Of a DNA stretch of 45,949 bases, positions 24,237 through 35,056 are shown one piece after another. The notes beneath the pieces are model-generated. The model worked only from the letters and a program-made list of their open reading frames with translations, was not told the DNA's origin and searched no databases. This DNA is from Macrostomum lignano (lineage: Eukaryota): NCBI GenBank assembly GCA_002269645.1, contig NIVC01003653.1, forward strand, positions 1 through 45,949, given 5' to 3'. How positions within the stretch are numbered: position 1 is the first letter of the stretch; each line of letters begins with the position of its first letter. The position numbers were made by a program, and so were the translations under genes.

Positions 24237-24784
24237 CCGTGTGGCGGACAAGTGCAAGCACACCTGAAGACGGCCGTTTAGATGCCCTCGCGCTCCCTGC
24301 TCATCACGCCGCGTCTATGCGCCACCAACCCCGGAGATTAGGGGTGGGGGTTCGCCCACCCAGCCTGAGCTACGTGGGGGTTGGGGTTGACTGACTAACT
24401 AGCGCGTTGGCCTATTTAACCTGATTGTGCGCAGACGCTTGTAAGAACATTTTGCTCTCCGCAAATACAATTTCAAGTCTGCACGCAGTAGCTACTGCCC
24501 GCTTCACTCCTTTCATTTCAAGCATTTTATTCTATATTCTATTATTATCTATTATTATTCTATTCTACTATTCTATTCTATAATTACTTCTGCAAAAACA
24601 CCTTAATTCTTATCCTTTTATGACTTTGCAATTGTAAATATACGGAGTAAATAAATTAACAGCGTTGAGTTTTGAAGCATAGCACAACACTTGATTTATA
24701 TTGCGTAACCATATTGTTCACTTTAATAGAGACTGGTACTTACTGACTTGCCTAACAAATTGATAATGTCATAACTGCTTCGTG

Positions 24785-24831
24785 TTGTAGTAGTAGTAGT
24801 AGTAGTGTAGTAGTAATAGTAGTAGTAGTAG
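24785..24831. repeat. (TAG)n microsatellite
   Basis: Directly visible. Confidence 0.9.
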
Positions 24832-27800
24832 GTCAGTAAACTCCTAAAATAACGAAGCAGTTCAGCAAAGTTCGAGCAGTGATTCTTTTACGAGTAATCA
24901 AGTCGAATGGTGCAATTAGGTCCTACAAAATTTTTTTGTACGAGTTTGTTTTTTGTCTGAATACGCAGAGAAAAGGATTAATCAATGGGGACTGCTCTCT
25001 TATTACGTCCCTAATTTTTGGAACACTATAATTTCAAAAAGTTTGTTTGTGTGAAGTTTAATGAAAAAAGTTTACTGTTTATTTATTATTAGCCATTCTG
25101 ATATTTCGGTTAGTTAAATTACTTTAAATGTACAAATTTATGAGTCATCAATATGATAGTTCCAGGTTGCAGTGTTTTACTGTAAGTACATGTAGTAAGA
25201 TTTAATTTGTTCTATATTAGTTTCCGCCAATGACTGCGCCTCTACACTAATTCAAAAGAGAAAGTTCAGAAAGCAAACTGTTCAGAAAATTTCACAAAAG
25301 GCAGCAATTTAAGCTATTAAATTTATTTAAGATAATTTATTCAAGATTTATTTAATTTATTTAATAATTTATTTAAGATATATAACATTATGATTAAGAT
25401 TAAGATAGTTTAGAATAAAGTCAATTTAGTTATAGTTAATTTTAATTTTTCTGCTGCTGCTCCTGCTGCCCTTGGCGCTCGCTCTGCTTCTGCTGCTGCT
25501 CTCTCTCTCTCTCTTCACTCCGACCTACGGCCGCCCGCGGGTGGCCGGGCCGGGGCCGCTCTGCCACCTGGATCGTCGATAGGCGGTTCCTGGCGGCCCA
25601 CCCTGCGCAGATAATCACAGAGGAGGCTGCCCTCGCCCCCCAGCACGGTAGTCCAGTCGACGCTGATGCCACCCCAGGTGCGGATGCGGGCCTGGTGGTA
25701 GCCTGAACAGGTAAGAAGCAGATGCTCGACCGAGTCCGGCTCTCCACAAGTGATGCACCGGTCGTCAGTAGTCAGGCCGAAACGGTAGAGCGTATCGCGC
25801 GTGAGCGGAGACTTGCGCGTCCTTAGCTGGCAGAGAGTGACCTGCCCCATCTCGGGAGGTCGTCGTGGCCAGGCGTCGGGCTCGGATGCGGGTGCATGTT
25901 ATCTCGCGTTCTCCGCCAACCTCGGAGGACGTGGTGGATGGCGGTCCTAGCGGCGATAGGGGTGACGGTGTTCGGTTGTTGCTGGGCTTCGGTAGCTCTT
26001 CCGGCCAGCTCATCAGCCGCTTCGTTCCCGGGGATGTTAGCGTGTCCCGGGACCCATTGGAGATGGACTCTGCAGCCACTCGGTAGGGCAGCAATGTTGG
26101 CCCAGACACGCCGGGTGACGTCATCCGCCGCGACGGTCGGGCCACGCAGAATCGTTTGGAGGCCGGCCCGGGAGTCCGTGCACAGCCTGACAGTGATGGC
26201 CGGATTGTCGCCAGCACGGAGGGACTCGGCCAGGCGGGCCAGGGCCGCCTCGATCGCAACGAGTTCCGCACTAGTGCTACTTTGCCAGCGGCCAGCCGGC
26301 ACGCAGATATCTTCATATATACTCAGGAGGTCCGAGGTAATAATAGCTCCTCCAGACGCGGTGCCGTCCGGTCGGGTGGATCCATCTGTCCAGATGATTA
26401 CGTCAGCCGGATGGAGGAGGCCCAGCGTCCTCTCAGCAGCCGCACGGCGGAAGTCCGGGGGGTCTGTACGGCGCGTGGCGGCGACCAGGTCGACCGCAAT
26501 GGTCACCTGCTTATCCAGCCAGTGCCAAGGCGGGAGCGCAGGCTCGACAGGGCGCCTGAGGTCCTCAGGCGCATATCCACTGTCCGACACGGCGGAAACA
26601 AGGTTTGGCGCTCAAAATGATGTCTTCGTCCCATTTCAGAATATCGACAGGTAGCCCGGGACCGACCTCGCGCTTCCAGGCTTCATGGGCCCTGCTGCGA
26701 AGGCGTGGCGGTGGCGCGGTCGACAGCAGCTGGCGCGCTGGGTCATCGTCGGGCAGGCTCATAATACGGATGAACTCATTACTGAGGAGCTGTTTGGCGC
26801 GGAGGTGCAGTGCCGGCAGGTCCGCTTCGGCGAGCAGGGAGCGGCAGTTCGTGACACCAAGGCATCCGGGTGATGATGCGCGCGCACTTGTGTTGTTCAG
26901 CTTCCAGCTTGTCCCTAAGGGTGGGCGCGGCATGGTTGAAGTAGATGGAGGCTCCGTAGTCGAACACCGACCTGATGTAGGCCGTGTAGGCGGTGCGCAG
27001 CGTAGTCCGGTGCGCGCCATAAACCTTGCCAGCGAGAGTTTGCAGGCAGCGCCGCCTAGAAGCCATCTTTTGGCGTACCGCTTCAACGTGGTTAGCAAAG
27101 GTCAATTGATCGTCCAGGCGGAGGCCGAGGAACGTGGGTGCTGGATCCTACTTAAGCTCCTGGCCCTCAATGTGCAAAGTTGGGAGGACCTTTCCGCCGC
27201 ATTCACTAGGATTAAGCGTGAAGGTGGTGAAAACGCATTTAGAGTGACTCATCGTCACCTTCCATTTGTTAGCCCACGCGACGACACGGTCCAATGCGGG
27301 TTGGATCTTCTCGGCGCAGGCATGTATAGATCGGCCCGTCGCCAGAAGCGCCGTGTCATCGGCGAAGAGTGACCGGTGGACACTCTCGTCGATGTCGTGG
27401 TCGATGTCATGGACATAGATAAGCCAGAGTAGCGGTGCTATGACCGACCCCTGGGGCAGACCATCGGAAAAGACTCTCCAGTTGGAGGTCGCGTCTCCCC
27501 AGCGCACGCGAGCGCGACGATCGGATAGGAGGATGACATGCTTGGGGACGCCAAGCCGAGCCATTTTTGCGTAGAGGGCCGGGCGCCACACTCGGTCGTA
27601 GGCCTTGGCAAAGTCCAGCAGGATAAGAATGGGGCGCTCCGGCTTTTTCTGTTCGAAAGCATCGAAAATCGCTTGGGTAATGCGCGTCAGTTGGTCCATG
27701 GTGGAGTGTCCTTTACGGAAACCTGCCTGATTGCGGTTAAGCAGGCTACGGGACTCCAGCCAAAAATACAGTCGGTTTGTAACCATACGCTCCATCAATT

Positions 27801-29179
27801 TCCCGACGCAGCTAAGCAGGGAGATGGGCCTGTAGGAGCTGGTAGCGCTCGCATCCTTCTCTTTTTTGAGAATAGCAATAATCTCAGCCCGTCGCCACGC
27901 GGCAGGGACCTCGCCGGTGGCCCAACTGCGGTTGAAGAGTTCGAGGAGGGTACCTCGGCCTTGATCGCTCAGCTGTTTCAGCAGTTCGTTGTTGATGCCG
28001 TCGACCCCGGGCGATTTTCCGTTTTTGATCTGTCGGATTGCCAAGTTGAGTTCAGTAGTGGTGAAGGGTGCACAGATGTCCGATCTGAGGCCTCCGCAGG
28101 AGCAATCGCGGGTGTTAGTCGCGACATGGGCTTCAGTGATGATTTGTCTGTCGACCTCCTTATTCTTTTTGAGCCTAGAGACAGTCGCGTAATCGGCGCA
28201 GAAAAGCTCGGCTTTTTGGCGGTTGGTAACAGCCTTTTTGGCCGCAGTTAGCTCGGTAGCCGGCTTAGAGAAAATGGCCGCCGGGCGGGCAGATTCTAGG
28301 CGACCATCATATTGCTTGATAAGTCTCCACAGCGAATCCCCCGGTCCAAGCGAGGCGACTGAGTCATGGAATTGTTGGCGTCTTTCCTCTCTAATGATGG
28401 TGGCAGCGGCGGCCTTAGCATCGGCAAGGGCCGCGACAGCATCGGCGTCTTCGGGGGTCGCCATGGCAACCAGCCGGGCCGCTTCTCTACTGTCGGCCGC
28501 CTCCTGGCAACGCTCGTTCCAGAAAGGGGGCCTGATGCGCTTACCGTTTCCAAAGGGGATAGAGGCTCTAGCGGCCCGGGTGATCAGATCGGTGAGGTTA
28601 GAGTTCGCCTTGTCGATGGAGAGCTGGTCACTCGCCGGGAGCCCAGCCAGAGACTTGTCAATGTGGCGGCGATAGGAGCCCCAGTCAGCTTTCTTAAAAT
28701 TGTACCGGCTCTTCCCCGCTTTTTGGAAAGGAGTGGCTCTCTGCAGTAACGTGATCCAGATGGGCAGATGATCGGACCCAATGCTCGGGCCCGTGGACCA
28801 GGTCACCTTGCGGGAGAGATCACTCGTAGCGAAAGTAATATCGTGGGAGGATTTTCCTCCGGTGGCCGGGTTAATGCGGGTACAGCTGCCGTCATTGAGG
28901 ATGTCAAGGTTCAGGCGGGTGCACCATTCTTCGAGTTTGCGTCCCAGCGAGTCTTCGCGTTGGAAGAGATCCCATGCGTTGCTGTGGGCGTTGAAATCTC
29001 CGGCAACCATCGTGTGTCTACCGACGCTGACTGCCTCTGGATTGAAGGCCGATTCCGCACTCCCGTCGCGGAGGGCGCGGGTAGCCGGTGGGACGTAGAC
29101 ATTAACGAGCGTAATCGGTTGACTGTTCTCCGGGAAGATAGTTTGGCAAGTTGGTAGATCTGGTTCTTAGAAAGACGAG

Positions 29180-29405
29180 CACAATTGCCGTGGGTCCAGA
29201 CGAGGCAGCTGCGGCACTGCACCGCAGAGAAACTGCCCACGTTGCGTCCGCAGGAGCCACACGGCCAGGACGGGCCTGGATTTGTTTCGACGTCCCCCGC
29301 TCGCAGGATAAGGCGATCGGAGGCCAGGCAAAGAAAAGCGCAAATAAGAAATACCGGGCTGATGGGCGAGGACAGCCCCCCGAGACGGCCGGTAGAGCGG
29401 GCCAT
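29180..29405 (-). CDS. LINE B leader: hydrophobic segment, 2A ribosome-skipping peptide and PHD finger
   Basis: ATG at 29405; LILRAGDVETNPG|P at 29312-29271 matches D(V/I)ExNPGP; followed by CGSC..CRSC..HGNC. Confidence 0.85.
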
Positions 29406-29440
29406 GGGTGCCTGTCTTCTGCTACTCGGGTGAGTGTGGC

Positions 29441-29508
29441 CGGAACAATTGGCCCGAGGGTTCACCTCGGGACACAGCCCCCGCGTGAAGGGTGTTCCGT
29501 TGGCATGC
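29441..29508 (-). ncRNA. HDV-like self-cleaving ribozyme at the LINE B 5' end
   Basis: P1 GCATGCC/GGCTGT (one bulged T), P2 CGGAACA/TGTTCCG, P3 CCC/GGG, L3 TTCACGC, GT, P4 CCCGAGG/CCTCGGG, J4/2 CCAAT, all in canonical nested double-pseudoknot order. Confidence 0.75.
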
Positions 29509-29547
29509 CACCGTTCTGCTGCTGCTCCTGCTGCTGCTCCTGCTGCT

Positions 29548-32342
29548 TTTGCTTTTTGCTTTGCTGCAGGCTAGCACCTCGCGTGGCACAGGGTCGCGCG
29601 AGCCAGTGCAACCACGCCGGCCGGATCCGAACCCAGGACCGACAGCGGGGGCCGAGGAGTACCAAAAATCTGCGTCCGCCTGGTGTAAAGGGCCGGGCAG
29701 TCGCAGAGCCAGTGGTCGATGGTGTCGTCCGCTTCGGCGCACCGGGCACAAGTGGCGGGCACGGCCGGGTTCAGGACAGCATGATAGGCCCTGAGCGCCG
29801 TGGAGTGGCCGGTGCGAAGCTGGGCGAGCAGTCTTTGATCAGCGCGCGAGGCGATAGCCTCCCGATCGCGGGCTGGAGAGACGAGGCGGTAAGCCTCCCG
29901 TATGCGCGCATGGGCCGCCGGCGGGTCACTGAGGACTCTACGGCAGACGGCGGCGGCGGCGTTGAAGGACACGGGGGCAGCAGAAGAAGGCAGGGCGCAG
30001 CCCTCCTTGGCTAGGCGGTCGGCGTGCTCGTTGCCCGGGACGCCGCAGTGGCTGGGCACCCATTGAATGATGATGTCTGCGTCCGTCAGAGCCAGCGCCT
30101 GCAGGGCAGGACCGACGCCGCGGTTGTTGGCGGCGAGCGCATCGATCATGCTGCGGCTGTCCGAGCAGATGACCAAGGACGGGGGGGAGGTAGCGCTGGT
30201 ACCGGCGTGCACCCAGCAAAGGGCGGCGGACAGGGCGGCGACCTCCTCGTCGAAGCTGGACGTAATGGGCGAGCCGCGGCGGGCCTCGGCATGGACGACA
30301 GTCGGGGCAGACGGATCGCCCTCCGTAACCACAAAAGCGTGGCCTCCGGAAAGCATCCCCCCGGTGGCTGAGCCGTCGGTGTACACCGTCCAGACCGGTG
30401 CGGAGAGCGACGCCGTCAGCTCCCGGATGCAGTCGGTGGCGGCGTTGCGGCAGAGGTCAGGTTCGGTAGGCGTGACGAGCAGCGGGAGGGTGCTGCAGAA
30501 TCTGCGAAGGCGGTGAGTAGGCTGGACGGGAGTGGGAGCGCTCGGCGGGAAGAACGGCTGGGCGGCAGGACTTCGCTGAGCTGAGAGCCGCCAGCTGGGC
30601 CGCACAAGGCGATGGGTGGCGATCCCCGCGGCGGCGCGGTGCCGCGGGTGGTCAGCGGGCAGCCGGAGCGCTTTCTCCCATGATCGCGCGATGAGGCACT
30701 TAGAGTGCATTTTGTAGCTGATGACTCCAGCCTCAAGCCGGAGCGCCTCGACGGGCGAGGTCTGTAGTTGGCCAGTGATGCGGCGGAGAGCTCGGTTCTG
30801 GGTCCGTTCGAGCTCGTCGCGGCGCGATTCGCTGATCCACGGCTGCCAGGCCGGTGCGGCGTAGTCCAGCACAGATTTAATGAGCGCGTTGAAGACGGTC
30901 CGAAGCTTCTCCTTGCGCCAGCCCCAGTCCTGATGAGCCAAGGCGGCCAAGACGTTGCAGCGGGCGCGGGCCTTGGAGGTGACGTCGCGGACGTGAGGAC
31001 CGAAGGTCAGCGTCCTGTCGAGGATGACGCCGAGAAAGCGCGGGTTGGGGTCCACGGCGAGGGGCGTGCCCTCGAGCAGGATCTGGGGCTGAAGGCCGGC
31101 TTCGCTGGTGTAGTTCGTAAACAGCGTGACGACGCTCTTCGAGGGATTCAGGGTCAGCTTCATCTGGCGACTCCAGCTGGCCACCGCGTCGAGGCCCTCC
31201 TGAAGGGAGTTGGTAGCCGCGGCCACAGAACTGTTCTGGACGCGGATGGCAAGGTCGTCAGCGTACAGGGACGGAGCGACCCCGGGCGGGCACACCCGGA
31301 CCACGCCATCGATGAACAGCAGGAAGAGAAAGGGCGCAAGCACCGAGCCTTGGGGCAGGCCCTGGCGAAGCGGCCGCGGATGGCTCAGGGCGCCGTTGAT
31401 GCAAGTAGACGCCCAGCGGTCGTTCAGGAAAGCGAAGCACCAGCGGGTCAGCATTGGCGGGGCGCCAAGTTCAAGCATGATCAGGATAAGCATCTGCCGC
31501 CACACCCTGTCGTAGTCTCTGCTGTAGTCCAGGAGAGCCAGCAACGTCCGGATGTGTGGCTTTGATTGGAAGCCATCGCTGATCGCCTGGGTGAGTTCAA
31601 GAATGGCGTCCTCGCAGGAACGCATGCGCCGGAAGCCAGATTGCCAGCAGCTGATCCAGCCGCGGGCCTCGGCAAGGTCGTAGAGCCGGCAGAAGATCAT
31701 GCGCTCCAAGGTCTTGACGATGCAGGACGTCAGACTGACAGGCCGGAAGCTGTCGATGCGGCTGGCAGGTTTCCCCTGTTTGAGCAGGGGGATGATGGTG
31801 GCCTTCCTCCAGGGGGCCGGGACAACACCAGTCGTCAGGGACTCGTTGAAGACGTTCAGCAGGTTGGCCCGGGCGCGGGGGCCCAGCGCCTTGATGAAGC
31901 TCGGCGGGATGTCGTCGGGGCCGGCAGCTCCCCGGCCACGGAGCCGGGTGATCGCCGAATCCAGCTCCTCCTGGGAGATAGGGGACTCCGGAGGGGCAGT
32001 CGCGACGGCCCTGCCGAGGAGTTTGCGGGCTTGGCGGTTGGTGCGGCGGTCGGCAGCAGAGAAGGACAGCCGGTTAACCGCACTGTAGTGCTGCATGAAA
32101 TGATCGGCTTTGGCCGCGTTCGATATGACAGGTTTGCCGTTGACAGAGAGGGCAGCGTTAGGGGCTGCGGAGCCGTTGCTGCTGCTCAGGGAGCGGATGA
32201 CCCTCCAGGTCTTCTGAAGGTCGGGGCTCGCTTCGAGATCGCCGAGGAAGTCGGCCCAGAACCGCTCTTTGGCTTCCCGGGTGAGGCGGCAGGCTTCCTG
32301 GCAGGCAGCGACCCACTCCGCGCGTTTGGGAGGGCCAGATTA
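29548..32342 (-). mobile_element. 5'-truncated Ingi/I-group LINE 'A' (RT, RNase H, CCHC) with an open frame 32339-29571
   Basis: PQGSVLAP, YADD, FLGV, VYTDGS, SDSRS, WVPSHCGVPGNE, CARC..HWLCDC; GCAAA-like tail; candidate 10-bp TSD TCCTGCTGCT at 29538-29547 and 32343-32352. Confidence 0.93.
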
Positions 32343-32829
32343 TCCTGCTGCTGCAGCTGCTGCTGCTCCTGCTGCTGCTCCTGCTGCTGCAGCTGCTGCT
32401 GTTGGCGGTTGTACTGTTTGAGAGCTTTGCATTTGGCCACTCTATGGCCTCCGCCACAGAAGTAGCACGATATTTCTAGGAAATTGGGCAGGTATGGTGA
32501 AATTGTCAGTTTAAGTCAACACAATCATATTTGATTTAGCTATACTTAAGCATAGTGTTAAAAATAAAATTCACTAATAACTTAATAAAATTCATAACTT
32601 AATTTGACTAAGATTGGTTTGTTTGCTTTAAAGAGTCAAGAAAAGAGGAAGCCAATGTGTGTATTAGCATTCTGTATTTATAGAAATTCTACACTGAAAC
32701 TCTGGAGAGGTAATATAAAAAAGCAGTAACAATCCATAAGATACTTACTTTTGCGGGGTTGGCCCTGGCGACGGCCGCCGGCACCTCTTTCAACAATGTT
32801 ATTTTCATGATAATAGATAATAGATAATT

Positions 32830-33180
32830 TGTTTGGATATCTTAAGTTGGCGTAGAGTGAGAATCTACAATACATATATATACCAGGTATATAGCAAAAC
32901 TTTCTGGGGTGGGTTGGTGCTGGCCCAACTCGATTGGCCCTGTCGTGTGGGGATTAGCCAATTAGGGCTGAGGTGGACAAATGAAGCTAAGCAAGAGTGA
33001 CGGCAGTGGCTGGACGGGTTGGGGCTAAGCTATGCACGGCTTAGGGTGAAGCTCACACTGGACAGAGAGAAGGGGTGAGAGCACAGTGTTGGTTAGGTGA
33101 CTTAAGCCAAGCTGGGCCTGGGGAGGTTGAATCAAAACCAGTTTGAAGTGGTAAACAACACAGAATACCCTGCACTTTTT
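32830..33180 (-). promoter_or_regulatory. Conserved upstream region of microgene copy 2
   Basis: Paralog of 11400-11731. Confidence 0.55.
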
Positions 33181-33512
33181 CGTTCGTTTCCGCCAATGAC
33201 TGCGCCCCTCACCACCGGCTGGGGCGCAAATGAAGAAGTTATTCCGACACTGTACATTGCTAAGTACACGGGCGTGTCCCCTCTGGGGGAATGGGTAGGC
33301 GTATATGATAGTACAGTCTTGTCAGGCAGCTAGAAAAGTTTGGTTGAGAAATTTTTACCAAGCCTCTGCACTGGGGCGCCAACGAACTCGAATTTATTCC
33401 AAAGCACAGTACATGCTATGTACACTGGCCTATGCCGCCTATCCCCTATGATCTGGGGTAATGAGTGAGTGAGAGCGGCCCAATGCCAGAAAAAGCTATT
33501 ATAGCGTCCATA

Positions 33513-34445
33513 TCCATAGAGACCATAGCGAACAAATTTGTAAACAGACAGAAGACTGGGTTCGTTTTAACATTTTAAATCTATACATTAATCACGCACT
33601 CTTATTTCCGTAGTTAAGGAATTAATCAAGTAGAGTTGAAGATATCGATGACGAATTTAGTCTACGAGTCGCACAGATATATTGCATCAGTTAACCAGAC
33701 TGAGTCCATGTATTTCAAAGTTGCATGATTTGCAAAATGGGTCAAGCAAAGTCGTAAAATAACTGAAATGAAAAACTGCTAGAAAACTACAAGTTCCTAG
33801 AGTTGAGTGAGTGAAATTAAAATTGCATTTTAATTACCCTGTGAGTGAATAAAGATGAAAAGGGTTGGGGCACATGCGAACTGCAAGAAAGAACTGTAGC
33901 TAAAAGGAATCATTAGGCTATGCGAAAGTATTGGCAAAATAAAAGTACAAAAGTAAAAATTCTAAATTACGGACACAATAACTTTAAGCAAGTCGAACCA
34001 ATTAATGTAAGTCATTGTACCAGGCAATATCCACTATCAAATAACCACTGGCTCCAGTCACAATAGCCGATGCCAATGTTTGTATGCAAATATTAAAATA
34101 GTTAAGCGTACACAACATTAAACTTGGTGCAACGCCAATGACGCCTCTGCATGATAGGCAACTGTGTTGTTGCCTTTGGGTAACAATATTTTTTGCTGTT
34201 GCTGCTTTTCCAGCCGTAGCAGAGCGTACTTGTAGAAGTAGTACGCTATTGCTCTGAAAGAAGGCAAGGATGGTTGAATTGTCAATGTCAGTTATAAAAT
34301 TCTGCACAAGCATGTTTTGTTGGTACATAAGCCCAGAATTAAAATGAGAATTCGATTCCTAGCCCCCTCCCTAAGAATTCTTTTCATTTTAAAGGATTCG
34401 TCCCTTGCTTATTGGACACCCCGAAGAGGGGCGCTAGATTGCTAG
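33513..34445 (+). mobile_element. Helitron-like unit; 3' end clear, 5' end tentative
   Basis: CCCC-GAAGA-GGGG hairpin + CGCTAGATTG + CTAG (34442-34445) followed by T; tentative A|TCCATAG 5' end at 33513. Confidence 0.55.
34118..34251 (-). pseudogene. Microgene copy 3: exon-2 relic with eroded knuckle
   Basis: Upstream intron end ACAATTCAACCATCCTTGCCTTCTTTCAGAG matches that of copy 1; exon start CAATAGCGTACTACTTCT matches copy 2 AAATATCGTGCTACTTCT; reads IAYYFYKYALLRLEKQQQQK. Confidence 0.6.
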
Positions 34446-34767
34446 TCTCTATCCTATAAATTGTCACTAATATATCTACTTTGAGTAGCGTTGGCAGCCC
34501 TAATCAATGACTCTTTCCTAGAGATTTCTAATTTCACACGATTTCCTAGAAACCTTATGATAGCGTGTAGTGCTCGAGCGGTAAGACACTGTCTAATTCC
34601 CGAGTTCAGTCCGAAGGTCTAGCGTTTTCCGGGGATCAAGGGTATCCAGCGGTAACTAATCTACTTCCCCAATACCTAATCTCTTAATGCCGAATGCCTA
34701 TTATTAGCCTGTACGGCTTTCTTAGGATCTGTACGATCTCGATCTCCCTACTCAGGTTTCTATTCTT

Positions 34768-35056
34768 GGGTCTCCACGACCTCAAGTTTCCTATCCAGAT
34801 CCTTAGTCTTGGGTCTCCACGACCTCAAGTTTCCTAACCAGATCCCTAGTTCTGGGTCTCCACGACCTCAAGTTTCCTAACCAGATCCCTAGTTCTGGGT
34901 CTCCACGACCTCAAGTTTCCTAACCAGATCCCTAGTTCTGGGTCTCCACGACCTCAAGTTTCCTAACCAGATCCCTAGTCTTGGGTCTCCACGACCTCAA
35001 GTTTCCTAACCAGATCCCTAGTTCTGGGTCTCCACGACCTCAAGTTTCCTAACCAG
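34768..35056. repeat. 43-bp tandem array (GGGTCTCCACGACCTCAAGTTTCCTAACCAGATCCCTAGTTCT), about 6.7 copies
   Basis: Units start at 34768, 34811, 34854, 34897, 34940, 34983 and 35026. Confidence 0.95.

Larger units (their letters stand above)
20155..24506 (+). mobile_element. Ty3/Gypsy LTR retrotransposon (CsRn1-like), complete, with 4-bp TSD CTCC
   Basis: 267-bp LTRs 20155-20421 and 24240-24506 look identical (TG..CA); TSD at 20151-20154 and 24507-24510; PBS TGGTGAGCCCGAC at 20423 (close to a tRNA-Trp 3' complement); poly-G PPT before 24240. Confidence 0.97.
25502..29513 (-). mobile_element. Ingi/I-group LINE 'B': 5' HDV-like ribozyme, 2A, PHD, partial AP endonuclease, RT, RNase H, C-terminal CCHC; (GA)n tail; 14-bp TSD
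   Basis: TSD TTCTGCTGCTGCTC at 25488-25501 and 29514-29527; GDFNAH, SDHLPI, PQGSV, FADD, IWTDGS, WVPGHANIPGNE, CITCGEPDSVEHLLLTC; several frameshifts; N-terminal half of the endonuclease missing. Confidence 0.92.
25442..32875 (-). pseudogene. Zinc-knuckle/poly-Q microgene, copy 2, split by LINEs A and B
   Basis: Exon 1 ends at 32749 (..IVERGAGGRRQGQPRK, GTAAGT donor); exon 2 from 32475: KISCYFCGGGHRVAKCKALKQYNRQQQQ; removing both LINEs and one copy of each TSD restores the frame to ..QKQSERQGQQEQQQKN* (stop 25444-25442). Confidence 0.7.

Noticed and set aside
12429-32465. Many antisense and alternative-frame ORFs over the Gypsy and LINE coding regions
   Set aside because: Expected shadows of GC-rich coding sequence; no independent motifs.
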